In this document: in pieces, positions 19,667-30,100 of the stretch
Numbering within the stretch: position 1 is the stretch's first letter
Layout of the letters: every line of letters begins with the position of its first letter
Virus record (IMG/VR): IMGVR_UViG_3300032249_001164
Span: 1 to 64,000 of that record
Source: a virus
Strand: one strand, 5' to 3'
Length of the DNA: 64,000 nt
Notes under the pieces: model-generated
The model's database searches: none
What the model was told of the DNA's origin: nothing
The model's input: the letters and a program-made list of their open reading frames with translations, nothing else
Program-made: the position numbers and the translations under genes

Positions 19667-22600
19667 GCTGCAGTGCTATCCCAGTCTAATACTGCCAGCA
19701 TCATTCCGTTTTCATTGGTTGGCATGTGGACGGCTTCGATAGCATAGGCGCCGTCATCAGTTGGCGAGATCTTGGAAATTTGATAACTGCGGACCTCGGT
19801 AGTGGTGCGCTTGACCGTGAAGATTATTCCAGCAGGGGAGCCGATACCGCCCGAGATCGTGAGCGATCCCGCATCATTCACGTCACCAGTGCCACTCCAG
19901 CTCACCACGTCGTAGAGGCCATCGCCAAGCACCTGGGAACTCACCACCGTACCATCAGTTAGTACGGCGCCGTTGTTGAACTCGTCATAAGACGTGGCAT
20001 CCATGGCCACCCGAATCAGGTCGCCGGGGCCTACGCCAGTGGTGATACCCTCCAGCCCATCGTAAGTAGTTTCAAAGCTGATCACATGATCACGCAGCCG
20101 CCGCAACCTCAAAGTGAATTTTGCTAAGTCGATCGCATGGTTTTCGTTAGTACAAAACTCGCTCATTTTGATTGGCTCAATCTGCAGCGTCTCATTGCCG
20201 TGTGGCTCCGCCTCTCTGACCAACACCTCCTTCACCTGAGGGAACATGCCGGGGTTGACAGGGTTGGTCGAGCTACGCTCCTGGCGCCATATGACACTGA
20301 TCTGAGATGCCTGCCTGTCCTCCAGTGGGATGGTCTCAAACTTAAAGGTGCCCTCGGCAATGTTGCCAGCAGTGAACAGAGCTACATGCCTGACCGGCTC
20401 AAAACTGATAAACGGCACCAGATCGAATTGGCCGTTTACCTCGCGGAAGTCCAATAACATGAAGCCGGCGTGATCAGCGATCCATTGACGCGGCGACTCT
20501 TGACTGATAATTACACCACCATCGAAGAAGTAGCACCGGTCAAAGCACCATTGCGCAGATTTCCTGAAGTTGTTAATTTTGATCATGTCATCGGATATAT
20601 TTTCTGGGCCATACTTTGGATTGGTTAAGCGATCTAGCGCTAGATCAGGCAGTAGGTGCGACGGGCCCTTGGTCATGCCCCCGAGCAGCCTGCGTACTTC
20701 GGTGCCGCCCGTTACATAGGGCGATAGCTGGCTAAATTGCTGCCACTCAAAAGCCGATGCAACATTAACGCCAATTAAAGCAATGCCGTCGTACAAAGGC
20801 GTAGTTTGATTTTCTACAATCTCATTGATGTAGACAATCTCGTGCTCGGGCTGGGTGGCGCTTGAGGTGATCTCTTCGTAGACAAACGCTTCGGCTAACT
20901 TCCCCCAGGCGTCGGCGTAGTTGTTGTCGGTGTCGGGGTGCGGAGTGCCGATGTTCTCCCTGTCGGCCTGCTGTAACTTAAAGGTCGCCTGGTTGCGAGT
21001 AACGGTTCGTCCGTTAAACGTTGCCTTAAGCGTTCTGCCTCCCGCAGTAGTAGTGACTGTGATCACGTCAGACAGGCGAGAGTCCACCACGTACAGGGTC
21101 GCGTCTGTTACTACATTGCGAATCTCCCAGCCGCTAAGCGGCTCAATTGTCCAGTCCCAAGAGTCTTGGAATGGAAATTCAAGGCGCAGGTAGTTAAACA
21201 TTGACTGTTGTTCAATACCAGCGAAGCCAAATACCTGAGCAAGCGGTATGAACGTCGCCTCTGACTGCCTTTTATAGGAAACGCGATAAAAGGAGTAACG
21301 CTCTTCAGATCCCGCTACTTGACCACTTTGATAGTTGTCTACTTTAAGTGTGTTGCCTTTTGCGATAATATTGCCATCTTTGTTGAAACATGCGCGTCCA
21401 TCAGTGTCGGCATAGGTGAGCGTTGCGCGGAATCTCAGTAAGCCGTTATACCTAATGCCAAGGCTGGACCTAAACCCAAACTCGATAATGCGGCATTCTT
21501 TTTCAGTGGTACCGCTTGCGATTACGACTCGCATAATGTGTGGGCCGCTGGTAGCAGTCCTTCGCGCTGCATAGGTAGTGCCCGGAAGCTCCAGGTTCGC
21601 AACAGTTGTAGTGGCAGCGCTACCAGCTCGCACGATCCTGAACGTTGCATCAATGCCCTGGCCGCTGCCAGCAGTGCCAAGGCTCGCCTCAGAGCGGAAT
21701 ACCTCATTGGATGGCGTCCTGGCAGTACATACGGCAAGAGCTGAGCCAATCTTGTAAAGATCGCCGATTACAATCGCGTCGTCCCATACTGCCTGTCGAT
21801 TAGCGATTGAAGATGCTGCATCATTGGCGGACTCGCTATAGGAATCCATCTCTTCATATCCAAACGTCAGTACAGCCCTGAGCCTGTTGGGGCTGGTGAG
21901 GGCTTGAACCGCCGCAAACCCTGGGTCTCCACTTATCGTGACTGTGACGGCGCGGGGAGCGGTACCGCTAAAGACAACCACCGCAGCAATTACCGTGGTC
22001 TGAAAGGTGACGTTTTCGGAGTCGCTTGCGATTGTAACGATCCATTGTATTTCATAGCTGGCGGCATTTGCGTTCTCGTACAGGCTCGTAATAGTATCTG
22101 TGTTTACGTCTGCATTAACTGAAACCGTTTTTGCTGTTGAGTTTACGTTAGTAGTGCTAACCTCCAGTGCAGGCATGACATCGGCCTCGTAAATGCCTTC
22201 ACTTAAAATGCTTGCGGCATCAAGACTGCCGAATGATTTAGCGCTGCCCCATGTTTGGGCCTCGCTGTGCGTGAAATTAGTTTCAAAGTCACTGCTGGGC
22301 AGCAAGCTATAAGTAACACTTCCGCCTACCGCGTTGAGTGCTCCCGCTGTTATTCCTGATCGCGTCGAAAAGTATGCTGCGTACTTAGCCCGCTCTACTA
22401 CTACTGTGTTTTCAATATTGCAGACTACGCGAGCATTACCTTCATCGCCACTTGGTACGAGTTGTGCCGACACTTTTGGTCTTACCGATGGATTCAACTT
22501 GAACCCCATGTCATTGCCAATCAATGTATAAACGCCGAATGTCGTACTGGTTGCTGGTTTAGCCGTAGAGCAAAAATCGGGCCGTAGGACATTGTTTACT

Positions 22601-23313
22601 GATGGCACTTGAAATACATCAGTGGCGCCGGCCCTCATCGCATTACCTGGATCTGTTGCAGCAGAGCGTCCCAAGACGCGATCACCAGCAACGATGCGAC
22701 CGCCATTGTTGCGGTAATAGATCGTCAAGCGGCCACCAATTTCATTGGCCTCGGCGCTGCCTAGGTCGTAGACGCTGATGCTGCTATCGCCAATAGCAAA
22801 GCCGTTTGGGTCGATGCTTGCAACAGGCCCCTCGGCCAGCATAAATACTGCGCGAAGCATTTGCGATCCACCCAGGCTAATGATCTGCGACCACAGCAGC
22901 GACGTGTTAACCCTGATGCCACCGTAGGCGATGCCGTTGATGGTTTCGCGATGAGCGTAAACGACAGGTATCGGCTCACCCAGCGATGCTACCGATTGCG
23001 TTGAGTTAAAACCTGCTCGCGGTGCAAATGCTTGCAAGCTGTTCTGCGATTGGCCGTTTTCGTTGCTAGTTTTCAGTTTGACAGGATTCCTATCTTTAGC
23101 TTGATACCTCGGCGCCAGTAATGAGCTGATTAACTGGAATCCAATAGACAGAACTGTTAAAACGATTGAAACGATAATGGCAGTCTCTAGCCCACACACC
23201 ACTGCTGGCCGTGGACCTTCTGCTGAGCGCTTGCGCACTTTGTCTTTCCAGAATTCATACTGCTCCTCGGACAAGCCAAGGAGATCTGCTAGGTAGCGAT
23301 CAGATGGCAGCAT
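19648..23313 (-). CDS. tail tip / host-specificity protein (lambda J-like hub)
   Basis: 1221 aa; LGEPIPVVY, YFFDG, GPGDLIRV. Confidence 0.8.
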   Translation of the reverse strand: MLPSDRYLADLLGLSEEQYEFWKDKVRKRSAEGPRPAVVCGLETAIIVSIVLTVLSIGFQLISSLLAPRYQAKDRNPVKLKTSNENGQSQNSLQAFAPRAGFNSTQSVASLGEPIPVVYAHRETINGIAYGGIRVNTSLLWSQIISLGGSQMLRAVFMLAEGPVASIDPNGFAIGDSSISVYDLGSAEANEIGGRLTIYYRNNGGRIVAGDRVLGRSAATDPGNAMRAGATDVFQVPSVNNVLRPDFCSTAKPATSTTFGVYTLIGNDMGFKLNPSVRPKVSAQLVPSGDEGNARVVCNIENTVVVERAKYAAYFSTRSGITAGALNAVGGSVTYSLLPSSDFETNFTHSEAQTWGSAKSFGSLDAASILSEGIYEADVMPALEVSTTNVNSTAKTVSVNADVNTDTITSLYENANAASYEIQWIVTIASDSENVTFQTTVIAAVVVFSGTAPRAVTVTISGDPGFAAVQALTSPNRLRAVLTFGYEEMDSYSESANDAASSIANRQAVWDDAIVIGDLYKIGSALAVCTARTPSNEVFRSEASLGTAGSGQGIDATFRIVRAGSAATTTVANLELPGTTYAARRTATSGPHIMRVVIASGTTEKECRIIEFGFRSSLGIRYNGLLRFRATLTYADTDGRACFNKDGNIIAKGNTLKVDNYQSGQVAGSEERYSFYRVSYKRQSEATFIPLAQVFGFAGIEQQSMFNYLRLEFPFQDSWDWTIEPLSGWEIRNVVTDATLYVVDSRLSDVITVTTTAGGRTLKATFNGRTVTRNQATFKLQQADRENIGTPHPDTDNNYADAWGKLAEAFVYEEITSSATQPEHEIVYINEIVENQTTPLYDGIALIGVNVASAFEWQQFSQLSPYVTGGTEVRRLLGGMTKGPSHLLPDLALDRLTNPKYGPENISDDMIKINNFRKSAQWCFDRCYFFDGGVIISQESPRQWIADHAGFMLLDFREVNGQFDLVPFISFEPVRHVALFTAGNIAEGTFKFETIPLEDRQASQISVIWRQERSSTNPVNPGMFPQVKEVLVREAEPHGNETLQIEPIKMSEFCTNENHAIDLAKFTLRLRRLRDHVISFETTYDGLEGITTGVGPGDLIRVAMDATSYDEFNNGAVLTDGTVVSSQVLGDGLYDVVSWSGTGDVNDAGSLTISGGIGSPAGIIFTVKRTTTEVRSYQISKISPTDDGAYAIEAVHMPTNENGMMLAVLDWDSTAAWVIQR

Positions 23314-23704
23314 TCTTTGGTCTCCAGAAATTGAGGGGTTGTATTACACGGGCGGCAACGTCCAGCGGCAGCCATTGTGCGCCACGTCGATGATGGACAA
23401 TCAAAACGCCGTCGCCAATCACCACACCAACACCTATTATTCCACCTGGCTGCACATGCAGCACTAGAGCGTATGACTCCAGTTTGCATGGCTCGCACAT
23501 TCGCTTCCATTCAGCCTCCAGCTCTGGCCACCGCCCCTCTACTGCTAAATCAAACCAGCAGGGATCAAGTAGTGGTGTATCTAGGCCGGCGTCCCTGCGC
23601 ACCTTGGCCGTCATCACCAAGCAGTCGATGCCTTCGCCGTCGTCCGGGTCGGCGCCGATCTGGTGCGGTAGTTTTGCGTTTACCCAGCGAATCCAATCAG
23701 CCAT
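23300..23704 (-). CDS. NlpC/P60-like tail assembly protein
   Basis: GADPDDGEGIDCL...GVGVV...LIVHH. Confidence 0.7.
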   Translation of the reverse strand: MADWIRWVNAKLPHQIGADPDDGEGIDCLVMTAKVRRDAGLDTPLLDPCWFDLAVEGRWPELEAEWKRMCEPCKLESYALVLHVQPGGIIGVGVVIGDGVLIVHHRRGAQWLPLDVAARVIQPLNFWRPKNAAI

Positions 23705-24171
23705 TACTGCATCGTCAGGTTGCCGCTGGTAGGTAACGCGCCAACCAGCCGCTGCGATAGCACCCGGCCACCAGGGGCACGCACAGCATCGAGCGGGCTC
23801 GCTAATTGCAGCGCTACAACTGGCTCCTTGCTGTCGTGCTGGACCCTAAGCGCTGCCCAGTATTCAAGTGTCAGCATCGGGCCTAGCGAATTGTCAACTC
23901 GATTGACGGTAACAGTCTTCACCTCAAGCAGCCATCTTTCTCTAGCGGCTTCGGTGAAGACATTTAGGCTGAGTGCTGATATTCCAGCGCCGATCGCCGC
24001 TTCTGACCGATCGCCGCCACGGGCGCTGCTGTTGGTCGCAACGCCAACTGGCAAATACGGATACTGTAGTCCGTTGTAAGCGACGACCTCGCCGATAAAG
24101 TAATTTTGCGCCAACCAACCCGTGTAGGTTCCGTCACGGCGCTTGAAGCGTAGAAAATTGCAGTTTTTCAT
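23704..24171 (-). CDS. minor tail protein (lambda L-like)
   Basis: Follows TMP; YPYLP...LQLASPLDAV...R.L...LVGALP. Confidence 0.7.
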   Translation of the reverse strand: MKNCNFLRFKRRDGTYTGWLAQNYFIGEVVAYNGLQYPYLPVGVATNSSARGGDRSEAAIGAGISALSLNVFTEAARERWLLEVKTVTVNRVDNSLGPMLTLEYWAALRVQHDSKEPVVALQLASPLDAVRAPGGRVLSQRLVGALPTSGNLTMQ

Positions 24172-27100
24172 CAGCTAAGGCCTACCGCACGCCTAGCGCT
24201 TGGGCTGTTGCGATAACGCTTATGAGCAAGCTCGGCGCCGCGTTGCGCAGACTCCCTGCCGATTTGCTCAGCTTCTTCGCGAGTGACATAATCGACACTC
24301 CTAATTCTTACTGTCTCAAACTTCACGTCGATGGTTGCATTCATGCTGTCGCCTACTGTATCACCTGCAGACTTTAGATACGGCACGGCCAGGGCTGGCC
24401 CGCTGCGCCGATAGGGCACTTCCATTTCCGGGGTTGTAGCGGCTGCAGCTGAGCGCTGGTAGGGCACTTCCATTTCCGGGGTTGTAGCGGCTGCAGCTGA
24501 GCGCTGGTAGGGCACTTCCATGCCGCTGGCATCGACCCCCAGCCGGCCGTCAGGACCGCGCTTGAGGGGCATGATCGCTTCGGGGCCAGCCTCGCCCATC
24601 TCACCCATCTTCGTAACGCCGCCATCAGCGAATTGGAACAGGGTGGGAGAGCTGACGATCGAGTTGGTGAAGGTGCCGCCCTTGGCGAAGGCGGCGGTGC
24701 CATTAGCAAAGTAGGCGCCGTTTGCCGCAAAATTAGCACTAAGTGGCGTGACCGAGAAATCCCCCCAGTTAGATGGTGTCGCTTGAGCAGAGCCCGCCGA
24801 ACCGCCACTACTCCCCGCAACCGCCCCAAGCGCCTTGAGGATTGTCTGTAAAACAATCATTGCCATCTGTTTTGCTATAATTTCAGCCGCCATACTGAGA
24901 AATGCCTCGCCAGTGCTTTTGAAGAAAGAGGCGAGAGCCTCTTGGGCTGACATCGATCCGCTAATCAGGCCCTGGAAGGCTTGGGTAAATGCATTGCCGA
25001 TGCCGTCAGCAACTGTTATCGCTATATTACCTACATTAGTGAGTTCGGTAAGCTCTTCCTTTAGCTTGCCAATTTTTTCATCAATTTTTTCGCTGGGGGG
25101 CATGACAGACTTTTTGGCCACGCCCCTAGCTTCCTCTACGACCGTCGCCGCCCGCCCTTCCACCTTGTCGGCCAACTGATTCCTGAGATCGAGAATTGCC
25201 TGAAGTTTAGCTCTTAACTCTTCTTGTTTTTTGGTATCCTCAGTTGTTGCAACAAGGCTTGCCAATGTGGCTTCGGTCAAAGCAAAAGTAGAGTCAACAA
25301 GGCTTGGGTTCAGCTTGAGTCTTTCCAGCTCGCTCCTAACAGCTTGATTGGTACTGATCGTAAGGCCTGTTAAAACGCTGTTCAGGTCTCTTCTGATCTC
25401 AAGGATGCGCAACTCGCCTTCAATTATTTCCGGGGCAACCCCTTCAAGCGCTAGTCGATTGCGCTCTTTACGTTTTTGAATTTCAAGCTCAAGTTCTCGA
25501 TTTTGCTCTGTGTATTGCAGTATCGGAGCTAGGGTTTGCTGTTCAAGTGCAAAGCTGGCAGCCTCAGACTGAACAGCAAGCCTTTGCCTATCGGCAGCGG
25601 TGGCGCCTACGGTAGCTGCTTTAGTTTTTTCCACCAACTGAAGGTATTGCTGTAGTAGGTCATTGATACCAACAAGCCGTGGTGCGCCTGGAAGCTCAGG
25701 CATAGTCATGGTGCCCTTGAACACTGGAGCAGCGCCAACAGAAGTGGCCTGGCCGGCCCCAGCAGTGAGCCCCCTAACCATCCTTCCGTTCTTCCTGCTG
25801 AAATAGCCAACACCTGGCTGAAGGTAGGTGTCTATGTCTGGCTTGATGCCAGATACCACGCCTTGCACCTGCCCCCGTACCAGCATGTCGGCGCTTCGTC
25901 GTGCTGCTGCGGTTTCCCGGTTGCGTTGCAGCGCTCCGTTTGTTCCAGGTGAGTTAATATCAATACTGTTATGCGCCCCAAACGTGCGCCCAGAGGCATC
26001 GAACCTCCCTATCGTTTGTCCGCCAACAACTGACTGCCCCATTTTCACTGCGGCGGCAACATGGCTATAGGTGGCTTCCAGCTTGTTACCCAGATCGTCT
26101 AAGAACTGAACTACAACGTAATTGCCATTGTTTCCGGCTTTATTTATTTCGGTTACAACGCCGTTGTGATAACTACGCATTATATTATTCAGTGCAACTG
26201 GCATGTCAGCTCCATTTTGCCCTGATGCGTCAAGCCTGCCACTAATAGAACCGGGTAGCCTTGATGCACCAGTGCCATTAGTTGCCTGAACTGCTTGCCT
26301 GATGGCCGAAGCCTGGATAGCAGCATCATCTAGTCCGTTTTGCACTACAATTTGCTTCTTCTTTTCCAGGTCGATTTCCACTTCGTAGCGATACTTGGCC
26401 ATCGCTAAGCGATGATCCTCGGCTTGCACGGCATAATCGACAATCTGCCTCTCGATTTGAAGGCGAGCGCGAGAAACATCACGCGAAAATTCATCGCGCT
26501 GAATCGCCATCTGGGAAACTCGGTTTTCAACTTGGAGTTTGTAACGGCTAGCCTCTTGGTCTATTTTCTGTAGTTCTAGCTTGAGTTGTTTTTCGGCTTG
26601 CTGGAGATCGGCTTCGCCTTCGGCTCTGATACGCAGATAGTCTCTGGCGGCGTCAACCACTCCTTGGGCGATTGGATCCAGACCTGTGGATGCTTTCTGA
26701 AGCTGAAGGTCAAAAGCGTCGATTGCATTTTGCTGACGCTTCCTTTCATTTTCAATAAGCTTTTGCTCAAGCTCCTGTCGCTTGCCAAATACCTGATCTT
26801 CAACAGAGCGGCGAAATTCGGTCGCCTCGCGCTCCATATCAATTACACGCTTGCGAAGACCGTAAACAGTTTCTTCAGTGCTTAGGCGAAGATCGATTCC
26901 GCTGCGCTCAAATGCTATGCCTTGTTGGATGATAGAGCGAGCTTTTTCGGTTTTTTCAATTGTTTTATCAAGTGCCTGCAGCTCTTGTTCTGGAGTAGGT
27001 TTTCCGCCTTTGACTGTGGTTGGCTTGGCAAGAGGTCTGTAAAACTCAGCTAAGGCGGTTCGCTGCTTAGCGGCCTCTTCTTTGCTTATCCCGCCAAGCA

Positions 27101-30100
27101 AAGGTCCGAACGTAGTTCCAATCTGCTCCCTGGAATCTATTCCAATCAATCCGATCTCAAATCGATCCTTAGCTTTACCGCTGAGCCCCCCCAGCACATC
27201 TTTTGCAAGCTGTCTCGAACTAGATGATTGGTTGCTAACCGAAACAATACTGGTTACCCACTGCAGCAGTCCAGCCATTGGCCCAGCAAGCGCTGCCTGA
27301 AGCTGCAGGTTAAACTCAGCCCATGATTTACTCAATTTATAGGAAGCGTCGCCAAGATTCGTCAAATCATTGACGCCAGAGACGCCAATCTTCTTAATCA
27401 TCTCAGCTTGTATTTCAGCTGTGGCCTTGGCGGTTTCACCTGTTTCAATCAGCTTAGATATATAGTATTCTTGTTGACGGCTTGCAAACAGCCCGGCTGT
27501 TTTTAAACTCTCAAATCCTTCAATTGGATAGCCGAGCGCCTTACCCGTATCCTGTGCGGCCTGCGCCAAGGTGTCAAACACTGTGCCAAGGGCTGTGCCG
27601 GCCAGCGACAAGCCAAAGCCAAGGCCACCGCCAAGGAAGCCGCCACCGGCGCCACCAGCAAGGCCGCCAAGGGAAGCCCCAAGGCCCTGGCCAAACAGCA
27701 GTGGGAATGCACCACCGATCAGGCCCTCGCTGATCGCTCTGCCACCCCTAGGGCCAAACCGGCGAGTCAGGAAATCCGCATCAGGTGCGCGGCGCTCGAT
27801 CTGGCGATCAAGGTTGGCCGCCGTTTCACGTAATTGATTGTCAAGCCGATCGAATCCTTGGATAGTTGGATCAAGGACGGAACGGAATTCTTTTAAGACA
27901 GCGCTTAGTGCTTCCAGTTCAGCGGTTGAGGCCTTCGCGGGCTTGGCCAGTTCCGCGAGGCCCAGTAGCGCCTCAGGCCCCTGCTGGGCTGCTGCAGCTG
28001 CTCGGGAAGCCAGGTCGCTTCGCCCACCTGCCATTGACTTGCCTGTATTAAACTCGCGAGCAATCTTGTCGATCGCTTCGGCGGGAGATGCGCCGCCAAA
28101 AAAGTCTTGACGTGCGCGGCGAGCTTCTTGAAGTTTTTGCAGTGCCGCCTGAAGGCCAACACCAGGAAGCGCACCAGCTTTTAAGTCAATTGCCATTGCA
28201 CTGGCAAAATTCCTGGCAGCAACAACTTTGGACGCTAAGGTGGCAAGTTCTTGCTGACTAGCTTTATTGCGAAGTGACTGAATATCGCTAATAGCCTGCT
28301 CGATTTCCAGTTTTTGACTAGAAACAGTTACACCCTTGCCTTCAAGGGTAATAAGCTGACTTAGGCCGCCTCTCGCCAAATTGAGCAGCCTCTCTCTCCT
28401 GGCTTCCAACTGCTGCGCAGTCGTTTCGGTTGCTTTATTGCCACTGCTATTACCGCCGTAGCTATCATTCAGTATTGCTTCATTTTTGCGATAGCGACCA
28501 GAAGCGTTGAAAACACGTATACCTTCTCCTATTGCTTTTGTATTGGCTATGGTCAGACTAAGTTCATTATTTTTTATCTGGTTAATAAGATTGCTCAGGT
28601 TTACTTTTTCACCAAGAAACTGAACGCCCTTCTTTTCTTCGATTGCGTACCGATTTTGTATGTCTCGAAGAGCTGAAAGCTGATTCATCATTATCCCTTG
28701 CGCTTTATTCCTTTCTTGCAAGCTTTCCGCGCCCATGTCCTGCCGCATGTCTTTGGCCTTCTCAAAAGCAAGGCCCCACGACGATTCTGTAAGCTTCTTC
28801 TTGGTGGTGCCTGCTTGCATGGCAGTTTCAAGCCCTAGCTGCTTGCTTATCTCCTTGGTAATCATCTGAGCGCTTTCGAGTCTATTTTCGTAAAGCTCGT
28901 TTCTTGCCTGGTCAATACCAAAGGAGAGAGCAAGTTTTTGAGCTTCTGGGATGGAAGCCTTGCCGATGCTCGTCAGAATTTCTTCAGTTTTTTGATAAGT
29001 GTCGTTAATTTCAATTGCGTACTTTTGCTGAGCAGCCAAGTCGTTAATCTTTTTACTTGGGCCGCCAACAGCTCCACGTAGAACATCGGCTATTTTGCCG
29101 TCAATCTTGGCTTGGCTTTGAGATATGCCGAGACGAGCGCGGGCATCCTTCAACTCCTTGGCAACCAAGTCAACGGATTGTTTGCTCGTTGGTATTTGGC
29201 CGGATTTAATATCAGCTATTAGCTTCTCAACCCTAGCCTTGTTTTGTGAAACGTCAACACCATCAATTTCAACCTCTACAAGTCTTTTTTGAAGTTTTTC
29301 AAGTTGTAGGGTCTGAGAGGAGAGTTGTTTGCTGGCACCATTGCCTTCTACCGCAGCTTTCAGCCTGTCGTCGAAGTCTTTCAGGCTACTCTGCTCTGTT
29401 CCAGGAACAGTAGATAGTTTTTTTAGGAGTTCGTCGGTACCCCGCTCGATGTTTGATAGATCCGCCAGGTATTCGTCCAAGGCCCCTGTTAACTTACCTC
29501 TATCGTAGCTGGCCTGCAGTTTCTGAGCATTTCGCTCTGCCTTTTCTGTGTACTTTTTTAAATCGTTAAAAGCTTTTGAGCCTCTCTCAAACTCCCGGTC
29601 AGCAGCCTTTCTTTCTTCTTCGGCGATTCGATTCTTTGCTGCCGGAGAGCCCGGAACCAAGTCCCCTCCCGTTAGCTTGCCGGTGATAGGCAGGAAGTCC
29701 TTACCAGGAACGCCGAAGAACTGGGGTGGCTTGGGTTTTGCAAGATCTACCGCAGCTTTGAGCTGCCGTTCAATCAAGCGTGTCATCTCCCTCGAATCTT
29801 CCAGCCTATTTTCGATTAGTGCATTTACCGCTCTTTCTGCACGCTCTCTCAGGTCTACCTTCTGATCGCCAGAAAGCCTGGAAGAGTTAATTTTATCAAT
29901 TAAATCGTTTTGCTTTCCAAAAACATCGTTAATATCTTTTTGTCTTTTTTCCTGAACTTTTTGCTCTCTATCCTCAAACCTTTGCCGCTGAGTAACAGCC
30001 TGCAAGCTACCAAGGCGGCTGGAAGGGGCATCAACAATGCCAAGCTGAGCGCTTCGCATTTCTTCGTTTGCCCTGGCGATCCCTTCCTCAAGAGCCCGGT

